Shown piece after piece: positions 8,949 through 18,079 of a DNA stretch of 50,615 nucleotides. This DNA is from a virus. Lineage: Duplodnaviria > Heunggongvirae > Uroviricota > Caudoviricetes. Location of the stretch: positions 171,214 through 221,828 of IMG/VR virus record IMGVR_UViG_2595698869_000001. The stretch is one strand, 5' to 3'. The notes under the pieces are model-generated. The model ran no database searches. It was given only the letters and a program-made list of their open reading frames with translations, and had not been told where the DNA came from. Position numbers and translations under genes: made by a program. Position 1 is the first letter of the stretch. Every line of letters starts with the position of its first letter.

Positions 8949-9448
8949 TCCGCTCGACCGGAGAAGCGCCCGAGACCCGCGCCGGCCGTCTTGCCGAGGG
9001 CTATGCCGCGCAGAAAGCCGCGATCAAGAAGCTGCTGGACAGTCCGCCCGAGGTGGTGAACGCCCATTGGCAGCGCCTGAGCGCGATGATCTGGGCGCAC
9101 TGTGATCTGCGAGTCCTCGGGGAGTGGCAGGAACGGCCGGTCCGGGGCTGGATCGCCGAGCACATCAACGCCCCGTTCGACATCTGCCTTTCCCAGGACG
9201 GGAACGGCCGCACGATCAGCGATACTGATCTGGCGATCTCGATGATCTCCAATCTGCTCCCGACGGCCTCGATCGAAATTCGAAAGTGGCCTCCCGGCGG
9301 AATCCAAATGCCCTGGGAGTTGAAGCTGGACACGCGCTTCAGCGCCGGCCGCCACCAGGGCCTTCTCTGGGGTTTCGGCCACAACATCGCCCAGGCCGCT
9401 TGGCGCGCCTATTTCAGCTACGTCAACAAGGAGCCCACCGATGTCTGA
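8945..9448 (+). CDS. hypothetical protein (167 aa)
   Basis: ATGA coupling. Confidence 0.75.
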   Translation: MIRSTGEAPETRAGRLAEGYAAQKAAIKKLLDSPPEVVNAHWQRLSAMIWAHCDLRVLGEWQERPVRGWIAEHINAPFDICLSQDGNGRTISDTDLAISMISNLLPTASIEIRKWPPGGIQMPWELKLDTRFSAGRHQGLLWGFGHNIAQAAWRAYFSYVNKEPTDV

Positions 9449-9659
9449 CGTCTTCGATGAGGTCGAGCGCCGCCTGAACCGCCGGCGTCCCGGCTTCTGG
9501 ATTCACAAGGTCGCCATCGCGATCATCGTGGTGATCGCCCTGTTGGTCGTCGCCGGCGCCGCCGTCCAGGTCTTCAACCCGACCCTGGCCGTCCAGTGGC
9601 AGGCCAAGCAGGACGCGGCCTATGACCGCGCCTACGAAGAAGCCCGGCGGGCCGAGTGA
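9441..9659 (+). CDS. single-TM membrane protein (72 aa)
   Basis: AAGGAG SD; hydrophobic VAIAIIVVIALLVVAGAAV. Confidence 0.75.
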   Translation: MSDVFDEVERRLNRRRPGFWIHKVAIAIIVVIALLVVAGAAVQVFNPTLAVQWQAKQDAAYDRAYEEARRAE

Positions 9660-10150
9660 TGGCGATCTTCGCGCCCGAATACACCTGGGAGGCGATCGGC
9701 ACCGATGTCGCCGTTGGCCTGACCGAGGCGGTGATCCGGGGCGAGGCCGCACCGGTCTGCGTCGGCTCCTCGCTGCACGCCATGGAATTCCACGTCATCT
9801 GGCGCGGCGATCTCTACCGGGCCTTCACCGGCATGGGGAGCGATCCCGACTGGACCTGCGCCGAGAAGGGCGTGCGGGTCCCCCATCCGCTGGACGGCAA
9901 GAAGATCGACGAGATCGAGAAGGACCGGCATCGCGACGAGGAACGCTACCGCCGCGAGATCGAGACCATGCCCGGCCGGCACCTCTACATCTGCCGCAAG
10001 ACCGATGACCTCCAGGACATCCTCGCCCGCATCCCGATGGACCTGCGGATGCGCCACGAGATGTCGAACATGATCACCCTCCTGGCCCGGATGATGCTGG
10101 TCCAGAACTCCACCCGCACGCTTTCCCGCTCCAAACTCGACCGGTTCTGA
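9656..10150 (+). CDS. hypothetical protein (164 aa)
   Basis: GTGA coupling. Confidence 0.75.
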   Translation: MMAIFAPEYTWEAIGTDVAVGLTEAVIRGEAAPVCVGSSLHAMEFHVIWRGDLYRAFTGMGSDPDWTCAEKGVRVPHPLDGKKIDEIEKDRHRDEERYRREIETMPGRHLYICRKTDDLQDILARIPMDLRMRHEMSNMITLLARMMLVQNSTRTLSRSKLDRF

Positions 10151-10151
10151 C

Positions 10152-10673
10152 ATGACCACCCAACGCCTCGATTTCTCCAGCGACGTCAACTGGCCCCCGA
10201 AGGTCGACTTCGATCTCAAGAAGCTGCGCTACGACGTGGCGGTCGAAATCCTGGAGACCCTGTGGCCCAAGCATCGCCACGACAAGCGCCACGACCTGTC
10301 GCTGCTGGGCTCGCTCTGCAAGGTCAAGTTCGGCGCGGCGGGCTTCAAGGCCGACGACATCAAGGAGCAGACCCTGGCGGTCATGCGCACGCTCGAAGCG
10401 GCCAACTTCGTGCGCAACGACGGCGGCGACTGGCACCTGACGGCGACCGGGGCGATCTGGGTCCTGGTGGCCCGGACCGCGCCCTCGGGCTGGGCGACCG
10501 AGAGCGCCCTGCTCCATCACATCGAACTGGCGACCTTCCCCGCCGCCGAGATCGCCTGGGCGATCGAGTCCTGCCCCTATTTCCACGTCCGCAAGGGAAG
10601 CCTGTTCGACGACAAGGTCTTCGACCTCCAGGCCTACCAGCAGCCGCTCGACGGGTGGAACGGATGGCGCTGA
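10152..10673 (+). CDS. hypothetical protein, possible winged helix (173 aa)
   Basis: AVMRTLEAANFVRNDGGDWHLTATG resembles a wHTH recognition helix plus wing. Confidence 0.7.
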   Translation: MTTQRLDFSSDVNWPPKVDFDLKKLRYDVAVEILETLWPKHRHDKRHDLSLLGSLCKVKFGAAGFKADDIKEQTLAVMRTLEAANFVRNDGGDWHLTATGAIWVLVARTAPSGWATESALLHHIELATFPAAEIAWAIESCPYFHVRKGSLFDDKVFDLQAYQQPLDGWNGWR

Positions 10674-11200
10674 CCCCCGAGGCCTGGGACAGCCTGATCC
10701 TCGACCTGCGGACCGCCGCCGAGGACAAGGACCGCGAGGCCTGGGACGACGCGATCCAGGCCCTGGAAAGCGCCTTCGACGAGCATGTCGAGGGACCGCT
10801 GGAGAGCCATCCCAACACCCTGGCCTGGAAGAAGAGCCTCGACGAGAAGACGCGGTTCCTGGCCGGCTGGCGCCACTGGGGCGGCGGGGCGCGTGACGTC
10901 CCCGACGCCTATCGGGGCGATCCGCACTTCAACCGGGGCCGGTCCGGCGCGGCGATCGCCCAGGACATGAGCGCGGTGAAGGACCTTGACGCGTGCTTCC
11001 ACCCGGTCAAGCATCGGATCGCCGGCGGGGATAATCAGGTCCTGCCGCGCCACCCCGCCGTCTACGGCTCCTACGCGGTCGAAATCTGCCGCCTCTGCCG
11101 GGGGTGGACCCTGGTTCAGCACGGGACGCCCCGATGGCGTCCTGGCCCGTACTATGACGCCTACGAGAAGGCGATGCGCGAGGAAGAGGAGCGCTGCTGA
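10664..11200 (+). CDS. hypothetical protein (178 aa)
   Basis: ATG overlapping the upstream gene end; coupled to the phosphatase. Confidence 0.7.
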   Translation: MALTPEAWDSLILDLRTAAEDKDREAWDDAIQALESAFDEHVEGPLESHPNTLAWKKSLDEKTRFLAGWRHWGGGARDVPDAYRGDPHFNRGRSGAAIAQDMSAVKDLDACFHPVKHRIAGGDNQVLPRHPAVYGSYAVEICRLCRGWTLVQHGTPRWRPGPYYDAYEKAMREEEERC

Positions 11201-11895
11201 TGCTCTACGTGTTCGGGGACATCCACGGCCGCCTCGACCTCCTGGAGAAGGCGCGGCACGAAATCCGTGTACGCGGCGACTGCACGCAGATGATCTTCCT
11301 CGGGGACTATGTCGATCGCGGTCCCGAGAGCAAGGGCGTCGTCGAGGCCGTGATGGCGCTCCAGGCGCAGGGCGAGATCGCCCTGATGGGCAACCATGAG
11401 GAACTGATGCTGACCGCCTGCCAGATCAAGTCCTACAACGCCATGTCCAAGCTCTGGGTGTCGAACGGTGGCAAGCAGACCCTGAAGTCCTACGGCGCCG
11501 GCGACAATGCCTGGAACGCCAAATGGGACCTGATCCCCCAGGAGCACGTCGACTGGCTGGCGCGGCTCAAGCCGATCCACGAGACGCCGGGGCGGGTGTT
11601 CGTCCACGCGGGCCTCGCGCCGGGGGTGGCGATCAAGATGCAGGAGGAGGAACATCTTCTCTGGATCAGGGACAAGTTCCTCAACGCCTCGGCCGACCAG
11701 TTCGAAAAGCACGTCGTCCACGGCCACACCCACACCCATGCGCGCAAGAAGATCGAAGAGCCCGAGCTTCTCGCGCATCGGACCAACCTCGACACCGGGG
11801 CCTTCTACACGGGCGTCCTGGCCGTCGGGGTGTTCGACCCCGACGGCTACGGCGGACCCGAGGAGGTGCTGTTGATCCGCGAGGACGACGCATGA
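11200..11895 (+). CDS. metallophosphoesterase, Ser/Thr protein phosphatase (lambda phosphatase/PrpA-like)
   Basis: GDIHG, GDYVDRG, GNHE, FVHAG, HGHT, NLDTGA motifs. Confidence 0.92.
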   Translation: MLYVFGDIHGRLDLLEKARHEIRVRGDCTQMIFLGDYVDRGPESKGVVEAVMALQAQGEIALMGNHEELMLTACQIKSYNAMSKLWVSNGGKQTLKSYGAGDNAWNAKWDLIPQEHVDWLARLKPIHETPGRVFVHAGLAPGVAIKMQEEEHLLWIRDKFLNASADQFEKHVVHGHTHTHARKKIEEPELLAHRTNLDTGAFYTGVLAVGVFDPDGYGGPEEVLLIREDDA

Positions 11896-12476
11896 TCCCC
11901 GACTTCGTCCAGAAGGCGCGCAAGCTCCTGGGCCTCTATGGCGACAAGCCCAAGATCAAGCCGGTCGATCCCGCCGCGCCGCTGGGCGGGGCGAGCGTCG
12001 GTCAGGTCTTCGTTTCGCCGGTTCCCCAGGTCCCTTCCGGGAGCAGCCACGGCGCCTTGGGTGGCCCTGGCGGCGGATCGATCCACACCGGCTCGGGGCA
12101 CGGCGTCATCATGATGGGGGCGGGCGGCGGCGGCTCGGCCCAAATCCTGGTCTATAACGGCGCGACGACGACATGGGCGCCCATGCCCGAGGCCGTGGTC
12201 AAGACGGTCGAGAAGCCCAAGACGCGGCCGGGCCTGACGGCGGGAGAGGACGAGGTCATCACGACCATGGTTCACTATGGCGATATCGAACTGGTCCTGG
12301 AGCGCGACCGCAGGTTCGCCTTCGTCCGTTTCGGCCTGGAGCTTGCCTATCCCCGCGTCTCGGGCCGGATGCTCAAGTCCTTGATCAAGAAGGGCTATCT
12401 GAAGGCTATCGAGCATGACGAGATGGGCGGGCCGCAGGTGGCGGTGGTCGTGGCGGGCAAGGTCGCGGTCTGCTGA
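11892..12476 (+). CDS. Gly-rich protein with C-terminal paralog-family (wHTH-like) domain (194 aa)
   Basis: RVSGRMLKSLIKKGYLKAIEHDEMGGPQV matches the family at 29.4-32.5 kb. Confidence 0.7.
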   Translation: MIPDFVQKARKLLGLYGDKPKIKPVDPAAPLGGASVGQVFVSPVPQVPSGSSHGALGGPGGGSIHTGSGHGVIMMGAGGGGSAQILVYNGATTTWAPMPEAVVKTVEKPKTRPGLTAGEDEVITTMVHYGDIELVLERDRRFAFVRFGLELAYPRVSGRMLKSLIKKGYLKAIEHDEMGGPQVAVVVAGKVAVC

Positions 12477-12496
12477 ATTTTGTTGGCGTTAGAACG

Positions 12497-12525
12497 TTGA
12501 CAGCCTCGGCGTGATGTCATAAAAG
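12497..12525 (+). promoter_or_regulatory. sigma70-type promoter
   Basis: TTGACA-N17-TAAAAG; GACGACAAC at 12533; GAGGAGG SD. Confidence 0.8.
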
Positions 12526-12553
12526 CCTCCTCGACGACAACGAGGAGGGCCAC

Positions 12554-12973
12554 ATGGCTTACGCAATTCCGGACCTGAGCACGTTCACGTTCCACGATCC
12601 CAAGGTCGAACGGTTCGCCAAGGCGATGATCTCGACGATCGAGACCGCCCAGACCATCCTCACGGCCTTCGCCAACGATCTCGCCGACAATCCTCTTCAG
12701 GCGTTCGAGCATAGCTACGGCGCCAAGATGGCCGCCGCCCACAGGGACGTCGCCAAGGGGCTGCTCAACGAAGTCCTCGACGCGCTGCTGCACGGTCAGG
12801 ACAAGACCTGGGCCTACATCGGCCAGGACCTGCGCGAGCGGCTGATGTATCGCGTGATCTACGCGGCCTCGAACCCGCCGCGCTCGACCAACGTCGAAGG
12901 CAACGACATGGCCCGCTTCGTCCTGCGCGCCGAGGCCGACATGCTCGACCGCATGACCAAGAGCCGCTTCTGA
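12554..12973 (+). CDS. hypothetical protein (139 aa)
   Basis: Strong SD; first gene of module. Confidence 0.8.
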   Translation: MAYAIPDLSTFTFHDPKVERFAKAMISTIETAQTILTAFANDLADNPLQAFEHSYGAKMAAAHRDVAKGLLNEVLDALLHGQDKTWAYIGQDLRERLMYRVIYAASNPPRSTNVEGNDMARFVLRAEADMLDRMTKSRF

Positions 12974-13287
12974 TGCGGATCGTCGACTTCGCGACGTTCG
13001 TGACGCTTCCGGCTGGGACCCTCTACCAGGAGATCGACCAGTACGGGAGCCCCATCAGCGCCCTGGCGATCCGCCACGACGTGCTGTTCGACGGCGATCG
13101 CCCGTTCGACTTCATCTACGAGGAAATCCTCTACCAGACGGCCGACGGCTTCCTGGGCGACCCGCCGAAGCTGGCCGAGTTGGGGACCAAGCGCTGGGGG
13201 CTCTTCGATGACGAGACCCTGTTCATCGTCTACGAGACGCAGGACCGCGCCCGGCTGGCCAAGATCATCCTGGGAGACGCCGCATGA
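12973..13287 (+). CDS. hypothetical protein (104 aa)
   Basis: TGATG coupling. Confidence 0.75.
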   Translation: MRIVDFATFVTLPAGTLYQEIDQYGSPISALAIRHDVLFDGDRPFDFIYEEILYQTADGFLGDPPKLAELGTKRWGLFDDETLFIVYETQDRARLAKIILGDAA

Positions 13288-13667
13288 AGTCGCTCGACGA
13301 ACGCATCCGCGACGCGATCGACACCCCGCGCCCGGCCTGGATCGAGCGCGTTGGGAGCCGCTATCAGGTGATCACCAAGGGCGTGCTGTTCCCGAATACG
13401 CGCAACCCGGTCGGCAAGACCTGGGCGCTGCGCTCTGGCGCCCTGACCTACATCCGCCAGCAGTATCTCACCCTGCTGGAGGGCGACTGCCCGCTGCCGG
13501 CCGCGACCCAGGAGCAGCGCGACGCCTACCAGAACGAAGGGCGCGAGCGCCGCGCCGTCGTCGAGCAGTTGGCGACGGAACTGGATCGGCCCTACACGGA
13601 CGTCTGGCGCGTGGTCCGCGACCTGGAAGCCCAGGGCCTGCTCCGCTTCGAGGAGGCCCGCCCATGA
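13284..13667 (+). CDS. hypothetical protein with C-terminal HTH (127 aa)
   Basis: VEQLATELDRPYTDVWRVVRDLEAQGLL. Confidence 0.7.
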   Translation: MKSLDERIRDAIDTPRPAWIERVGSRYQVITKGVLFPNTRNPVGKTWALRSGALTYIRQQYLTLLEGDCPLPAATQEQRDAYQNEGRERRAVVEQLATELDRPYTDVWRVVRDLEAQGLLRFEEARP

Positions 13668-13885
13668 CGCCGCAGACCCAGAGGACCTTCATCCTGTCCG
13701 GCGTGGGCTTCTTCCTCGGCTTCCTGCTGGTGTTTGGCCTCATGAGCGCCACGCAGGCCTCCTACAACCGAGGCTATCGAGACGCCAAGGCCGACACGCG
13801 CCGGGACGAGCCGGCATGCTTCGTCACCGAGCGCTGCTACCTGGGCCAGGACGCCGACGGGCGGTGGTTCATCGAGCCGAAATAG
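13664..13885 (+). CDS. single-TM membrane protein (73 aa)
   Basis: ATGA coupling; FILSGVGFFLGFLLVFGLM. Confidence 0.7.
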   Translation: MTPQTQRTFILSGVGFFLGFLLVFGLMSATQASYNRGYRDAKADTRRDEPACFVTERCYLGQDADGRWFIEPK

Positions 13886-13899
13886 TTGGCGTTCAAGTG

Positions 13900-13928
13900 T
13901 TGCCAAAGCTGATCTGATCAGCTAGAAC
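13900..13928 (+). promoter_or_regulatory. sigma70-type promoter
   Basis: TTGCCA-N17-TAGAAC (GCTAGAAC); GACGACAAC at 13936. Confidence 0.75.
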
Positions 13929-13955
13929 CCTCGCCGACGACAACGAGGAGGCCCC

Positions 13956-14150
13956 ATGCCGCACCTGAGCAAGACGCCGTTCGACTTCGACTTCACCAGT
14001 GACGCTTTGGCGGCAACGCTGGAATTCGAGCGCAACACGACCGAGTTCTACCGCTACGAGACAGTCTTCACATCCGGTCGTGCGGCAACTCACGTTCTCG
14101 TCATGGAAGAAGACGGGAATTTCGTCGGCTTCGTCTCGGGTGAAGCCTGA
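13956..14150 (+). CDS. hypothetical protein (64 aa)
   Basis: GAGGAGG SD. Confidence 0.7.
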   Translation: MPHLSKTPFDFDFTSDALAATLEFERNTTEFYRYETVFTSGRAATHVLVMEEDGNFVGFVSGEA

Positions 14151-14542
14151 TGCAGCACCTCGACCCCCGCATCGGCTACCTGAACTCGGGCGTCTACTAC
14201 GCCTTCGTCCACGGCTACGACAAGCCCGAGACGCGCGGCACGCTCGAAGAGGTCGAGATCGCCCTGGGCCTGCGCAAGCCGGCGATCGCGAAGGCGCCGG
14301 CGTTCGAAGAGACCCGCACCCGCTCGGGCGGCTGGAAGCGCACCTTCGGCTCGATCAACGGCAAGCCCCTGACCCTGACGATCAGCGAGGCCGACAGCGT
14401 CTGCGCCGACGTCGAGTGCGGTCGGTTCGGCTGCTCACTGTCGCTGCTCTGCGACTTCGGGACGGTCGAGGAAGACGGCCCGCACGTGCGCCAGTCCACC
14501 ATCGACCAGATGGTCGAGTGGGCGCTGACCAAGGGCTGGTAG
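14150..14542 (+). CDS. hypothetical protein (130 aa)
   Basis: TGATG coupling. Confidence 0.75.
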   Translation: MQHLDPRIGYLNSGVYYAFVHGYDKPETRGTLEEVEIALGLRKPAIAKAPAFEETRTRSGGWKRTFGSINGKPLTLTISEADSVCADVECGRFGCSLSLLCDFGTVEEDGPHVRQSTIDQMVEWALTKGW

Positions 14543-14776
14543 ATGAGCCGCATCCGTGTCATCGACCGCGACGGGTTCATGCAGGGCTGGGTCGACGCCC
14601 GCGTCGGCCTGCCGACCTATTCTGGCCCCGTCACCCGCTGGACCGAGAAGGGCTCGTTCTGGACCACCGGAGCCGACGGCGAGGAGCGCCTTTGGAAGGC
14701 CGGCAACCACCAGCCCTGCGTCTACAAGAGCAAGCTCCGCAAGAGCGACATCATCCACGCGCGACGGGAGGGCTAA
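14543..14776 (+). CDS. hypothetical protein (77 aa)
   Basis: Abuts upstream stop. Confidence 0.7.
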   Translation: MSRIRVIDRDGFMQGWVDARVGLPTYSGPVTRWTEKGSFWTTGADGEERLWKAGNHQPCVYKSKLRKSDIIHARREG

Positions 14777-14777
14777 C

Positions 14778-15095
14778 ATGAGCCTGCTGGCCATCTATTT
14801 GACGGGCGCGGCGCTCACCGGCGCGGCGACGGCCGTCTACCTCTTCAAGGTCCGGGCGCCGGCGACCAAGGAGACCTACACCACCACCTGGGGCTATGTC
14901 GAAACCGACGACGTCAACGAGACCGGCAACCACCTGGGGGCGATCCTCCTGATGGCGCTCTTCTGGTTCGTCATGGTTCCGATGGGGATCGTCATGGGCC
15001 TCTGGCATCTGCTGGTCCGCGCCGTAGACAAGGCTTGGCGCCGCCGCACGTCGCGCCGCGAGAAGACGCACGTCGGCACCCATCGCTATCTGTGA
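14778..15095 (+). CDS. 2-TM membrane protein (105 aa)
   Basis: GGGAGG SD; two hydrophobic segments. Confidence 0.7.
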   Translation: MSLLAIYLTGAALTGAATAVYLFKVRAPATKETYTTTWGYVETDDVNETGNHLGAILLMALFWFVMVPMGIVMGLWHLLVRAVDKAWRRRTSRREKTHVGTHRYL

Positions 15096-15124
15096 TCGCC
15101 GCCAGCCCGGCTGGCTTCAGTGTG

Positions 15125-15153
15125 TTGACGGCGCGTCGCTCGCCCGCTAAGAA
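15125..15153 (+). promoter_or_regulatory. sigma70-type promoter
   Basis: TTGACG-N17-TAAGAA (GCTAAGAA); no GACGACAAC. Confidence 0.7.
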
Positions 15154-15211
15154 GGGCTGACGGTCACGCTCTGGCTGCATGAATTTTCAATCCGAAAGAG
15201 GCCTTAAGTAC

Positions 15212-17242
15212 ATGGATTTCCACGTCTTTAAGACGGCCGTCGCCAAGCAGTGGGCCGCGATGACCAAGGATGACGCGACCCTGTTCCGCGTCGACGTCGA
15301 CAAGGACCTCCTGTGGTCGACCTATCTGGGGGCGTTCCCGGCCGGGACCGATCCGATCTTCCGCGAGCGCTCCGAGCACGACTGCTCGTGCTGCCGCAAC
15401 TTCATCCGCAACGCCGGCGACGCCGTGGCGGTGGTGAACGGCCAGATCGTCACGATCTGGGATGGCAAAATCGAGGGCGAGCCGGCCTACCAGCAAGTCG
15501 CCGCCACCCTGGCGGCCCTGGTCCGCTCGCGCCCGGTGCGCGACATCTTCCTGCACGACCAGAAGACCATCGGGACCGACAAGAACGTCGAGACCATGCT
15601 GGGCGGCGACATCACCTGGAACCACTTCTTCGTCAATGTCCCCTCGCGCTTCGTCAAGAAGGGCAAGGACATCCCGACCGCGCTCCACATCCCGCGCACC
15701 GCGCAGGAGACGCTTCTGCGCGCCGTGACCGAGATCACCGACGAGGCGATCGACACGGTGCTGGACCTGATCGCCCAGAACGCGCTCTATCGCGGGGCCG
15801 AGCATAAGTCGGCGGTGGTGGCGTTCCAGAAGGCCAAGAAGACCTTCGAGGGCCTGTCGGCCGCCGACAAGGCGCTGAAGGCCTGGGTCAACGTCACCAA
15901 CGGCGAAATCTGGGGCTCGGTCTCCGGCATCCGGAGCACGGTGATCGGCTCGCTGCTGGTCGACCTGTCGGCTGACGTCGACCTGGAGGACGCGGTCAAG
16001 AAGTTCGAGGCCAAGGTCGCGCCGCACAACTACAAGCGCACGACCGCCCTGGTGACCAAGAAGCAGATCGAGAACGCCAAGAAGACGATCTCCGACCTGG
16101 GCCTGACTTCGGCCCTGGAGCGGCGCTACGCCGTCCTCAAGGACGTGTCGATCAACGACGTGCTGTTCGCCGACCGCGACGCCAAGTCGGTGATGAACGA
16201 TGTCTTCGACGATCTGGCCGCCGACGTCGCCGAGAAGGCCAAGTCCTACGACAAGGTCGAGGAGGTCTCGATCGACAAGTTCCTGTCCGACATCCTCCCG
16301 AGGGTGTCGAGCGTCGAGGCCCTGGTCGAGAACCGCCTGACGAGCAATTTCGTCAGCCTGATCGCGCCGGTCGATCCGACCGCCGGCTCCCTCTTCAAGT
16401 GGGGGAACAACTTCTCCTGGTCCTATGCCGGGGAGGTGGCGGACTCGATCAAGGCCCGCGTCAAGGCGGCCGGCGGCAACGTCACCGGCGATCTCTGCTG
16501 CCGTCTGGCGTGGTTCAACTATGACGACCTCGACTTCCACATGAAGGAGCCGGGCGGTAACCTGATCTACTTCCGCCAGAAGTCCTCGCCCTACACGGGC
16601 GGGCGCCTCGACGTCGACATGAACGCCGGCGGGGGCCATACCCGCGAGCCGGTCGAGAACATCTTCTACGGCGATCGCCGGACGATGAAGGAAGGCGTCT
16701 ACGAACTGATGGTCCATCAGTTCAGCAAGCGCGAGTCCAGCAACGTCGGCTTCGAGGTGGAGATCGACTACCTGGGCTCGATCACCCGCTACGCCTACAC
16801 CACGGCCCTGCGCCAGGAGCAGGTCGTCAAGGTGGCGCAGTTCAAGTACAGCCACGCGCGCGGCATCGAGTTCATCTCCTCGCTCCCGGCCTCGTCGGCG
16901 AGCAAGGACGTCTGGGGCGTCAAGACCGAGACCTTCCGCAGGGTCAACGTCATCATGCTCTCGCCCAACCACTGGGAAGGCGAGCCGGGCGTGGGGAACA
17001 AGCACTGGTTCTTCATGCTGGACGGGGGCGTCAACGAGGACGGCGCTCGCGGCTTCTACAACGAGTTCCTGAAGGATAGCCTCACGCCCCACCGTCGCGT
17101 CTTCGAGATGCTGGGGTCCAAGCTGAAGCCCGCGCCGGCGGCTGAACAACTCTCCGGCCTGGGCTTCTCCTCGACCAAGCGCGACGAACTCGTCGTGCGC
17201 GTCAAGGGGGCCTTCACCCGTACCCTCAAGATCAAATTCTAA
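15212..17242 (+). CDS. large conserved hypothetical protein (676 aa) with HDCSCC motif and YfaP/DUF2135-like segment
   Basis: AGAGG SD favours ATG 15212 over 15179; LAWFNYDDLDFHMKEPGG...GGRLDVDMN resembles DUF2135. Confidence 0.75.
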   Translation: MDFHVFKTAVAKQWAAMTKDDATLFRVDVDKDLLWSTYLGAFPAGTDPIFRERSEHDCSCCRNFIRNAGDAVAVVNGQIVTIWDGKIEGEPAYQQVAATLAALVRSRPVRDIFLHDQKTIGTDKNVETMLGGDITWNHFFVNVPSRFVKKGKDIPTALHIPRTAQETLLRAVTEITDEAIDTVLDLIAQNALYRGAEHKSAVVAFQKAKKTFEGLSAADKALKAWVNVTNGEIWGSVSGIRSTVIGSLLVDLSADVDLEDAVKKFEAKVAPHNYKRTTALVTKKQIENAKKTISDLGLTSALERRYAVLKDVSINDVLFADRDAKSVMNDVFDDLAADVAEKAKSYDKVEEVSIDKFLSDILPRVSSVEALVENRLTSNFVSLIAPVDPTAGSLFKWGNNFSWSYAGEVADSIKARVKAAGGNVTGDLCCRLAWFNYDDLDFHMKEPGGNLIYFRQKSSPYTGGRLDVDMNAGGGHTREPVENIFYGDRRTMKEGVYELMVHQFSKRESSNVGFEVEIDYLGSITRYAYTTALRQEQVVKVAQFKYSHARGIEFISSLPASSASKDVWGVKTETFRRVNVIMLSPNHWEGEPGVGNKHWFFMLDGGVNEDGARGFYNEFLKDSLTPHRRVFEMLGSKLKPAPAAEQLSGLGFSSTKRDELVVRVKGAFTRTLKIKF

Positions 17243-17261
17243 CGGAAGGACCTGAAAGACC

Positions 17262-17684
17262 ATGAGCACCGATCTCTTCGAAATCGCCGCGCGCGAGAAG
17301 TTCCGCTTCGACAGCCCCAAGGGCGACCTGGGCGTGGAAGAACTGTTCGACCTGCCGCTGACCAGCACCGTCGCCGGCAAGGCCAACCTGAACGACATCG
17401 CCGTCGACCTGTTCAAGCAGATCAAGGACCTCGACAACATCTCGTTCGTCACGCCCAAGAAGGTCGACCCCTCGATCGGCCAGCGCCTGGACATCGTCAA
17501 GCGGGTGATCGAGATCAAGCAGGCCGAGAACGCGGCAAAGCTGAAGACCGCCCAGGACAAGGAGACCCTGCGCATCCTGGACGAGGCGATCGCCGCCAAG
17601 AAGTCCGAGAAGATCGCCGGCACCTCGCTGGAAGACCTGGAAGCCCAGCGCGCGGCCCTGCTCTCGGGCGGCGCCTCGGCCTAG
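17262..17684 (+). CDS. conserved hypothetical protein (140 aa)
   Basis: GGAAGGA SD; LFEIAAREKFRFDSPKGDLGVEELFDLPL; coiled-coil tail. Confidence 0.8.
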   Translation: MSTDLFEIAAREKFRFDSPKGDLGVEELFDLPLTSTVAGKANLNDIAVDLFKQIKDLDNISFVTPKKVDPSIGQRLDIVKRVIEIKQAENAAKLKTAQDKETLRILDEAIAAKKSEKIAGTSLEDLEAQRAALLSGGASA

Positions 17685-17709
17685 CCTCCGGGCGGGCTGA
17701 CATAGGCGC

Positions 17710-17738
17710 TTGACAACACTCTCGCGCCAACATAGAAG
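17710..17738 (+). promoter_or_regulatory. sigma70-type promoter (copy 2 of identical 28-mer)
   Basis: TTGACA-N17-TAGAAG; GACGACAAC at 17746. Confidence 0.85.
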
Positions 17739-17769
17739 GGCCTCCGACGACAACGCCGGAGGCCCTTTT
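17738..17769 (+). terminator. intrinsic terminator overlapping promoter +1 and SD
   Basis: GGGCCTCCG / CGGAGGCCC 9-bp perfect stem followed by TTTT. Confidence 0.6.
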
Positions 17770-17770
17770 C

Positions 17771-18079
17771 ATGTCCGAGATTAGCTGCACCACGCCGGTT
17801 CCGAATAATCCGCGCTACGTGATTGTTACCGTCGATGGTCGGAAATATCGTTTCTCAGCGGCTGAGCGACGCCGACGCGGCGATGTCGTGATCAACTATG
17901 TGCTCGGAAGTCGAAAGGGCAAATGGGGCCAGTCGACCGATTGGGTCTCCCTGCCCCAAGGCCCCAAGCGCCGGACGGTGGTCTCCTCGGCCGCCGAGTT
18001 CCTCGCTTCGTCCCCAGACATTCCGGCTGAAGAACAGTCGGTCTGGGCCGGCGTCGCCTTTGCGAACCTCGCCCAATGA
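17771..18079 (+). CDS. hypothetical protein (102 aa)
   Basis: GGAGG SD. Confidence 0.7.
   Translation: MSEISCTTPVPNNPRYVIVTVDGRKYRFSAAERRRRGDVVINYVLGSRKGKWGQSTDWVSLPQGPKRRTVVSSAAEFLASSPDIPAEEQSVWAGVAFANLAQ

Noticed and set aside
13887-13903. TGGC...TTGC as a sigma54 promoter
   Set aside because: The gap is 9 nt rather than the 7 nt required for -24/-12 spacing, and a sigma70 -35/-10 pair explains the site.
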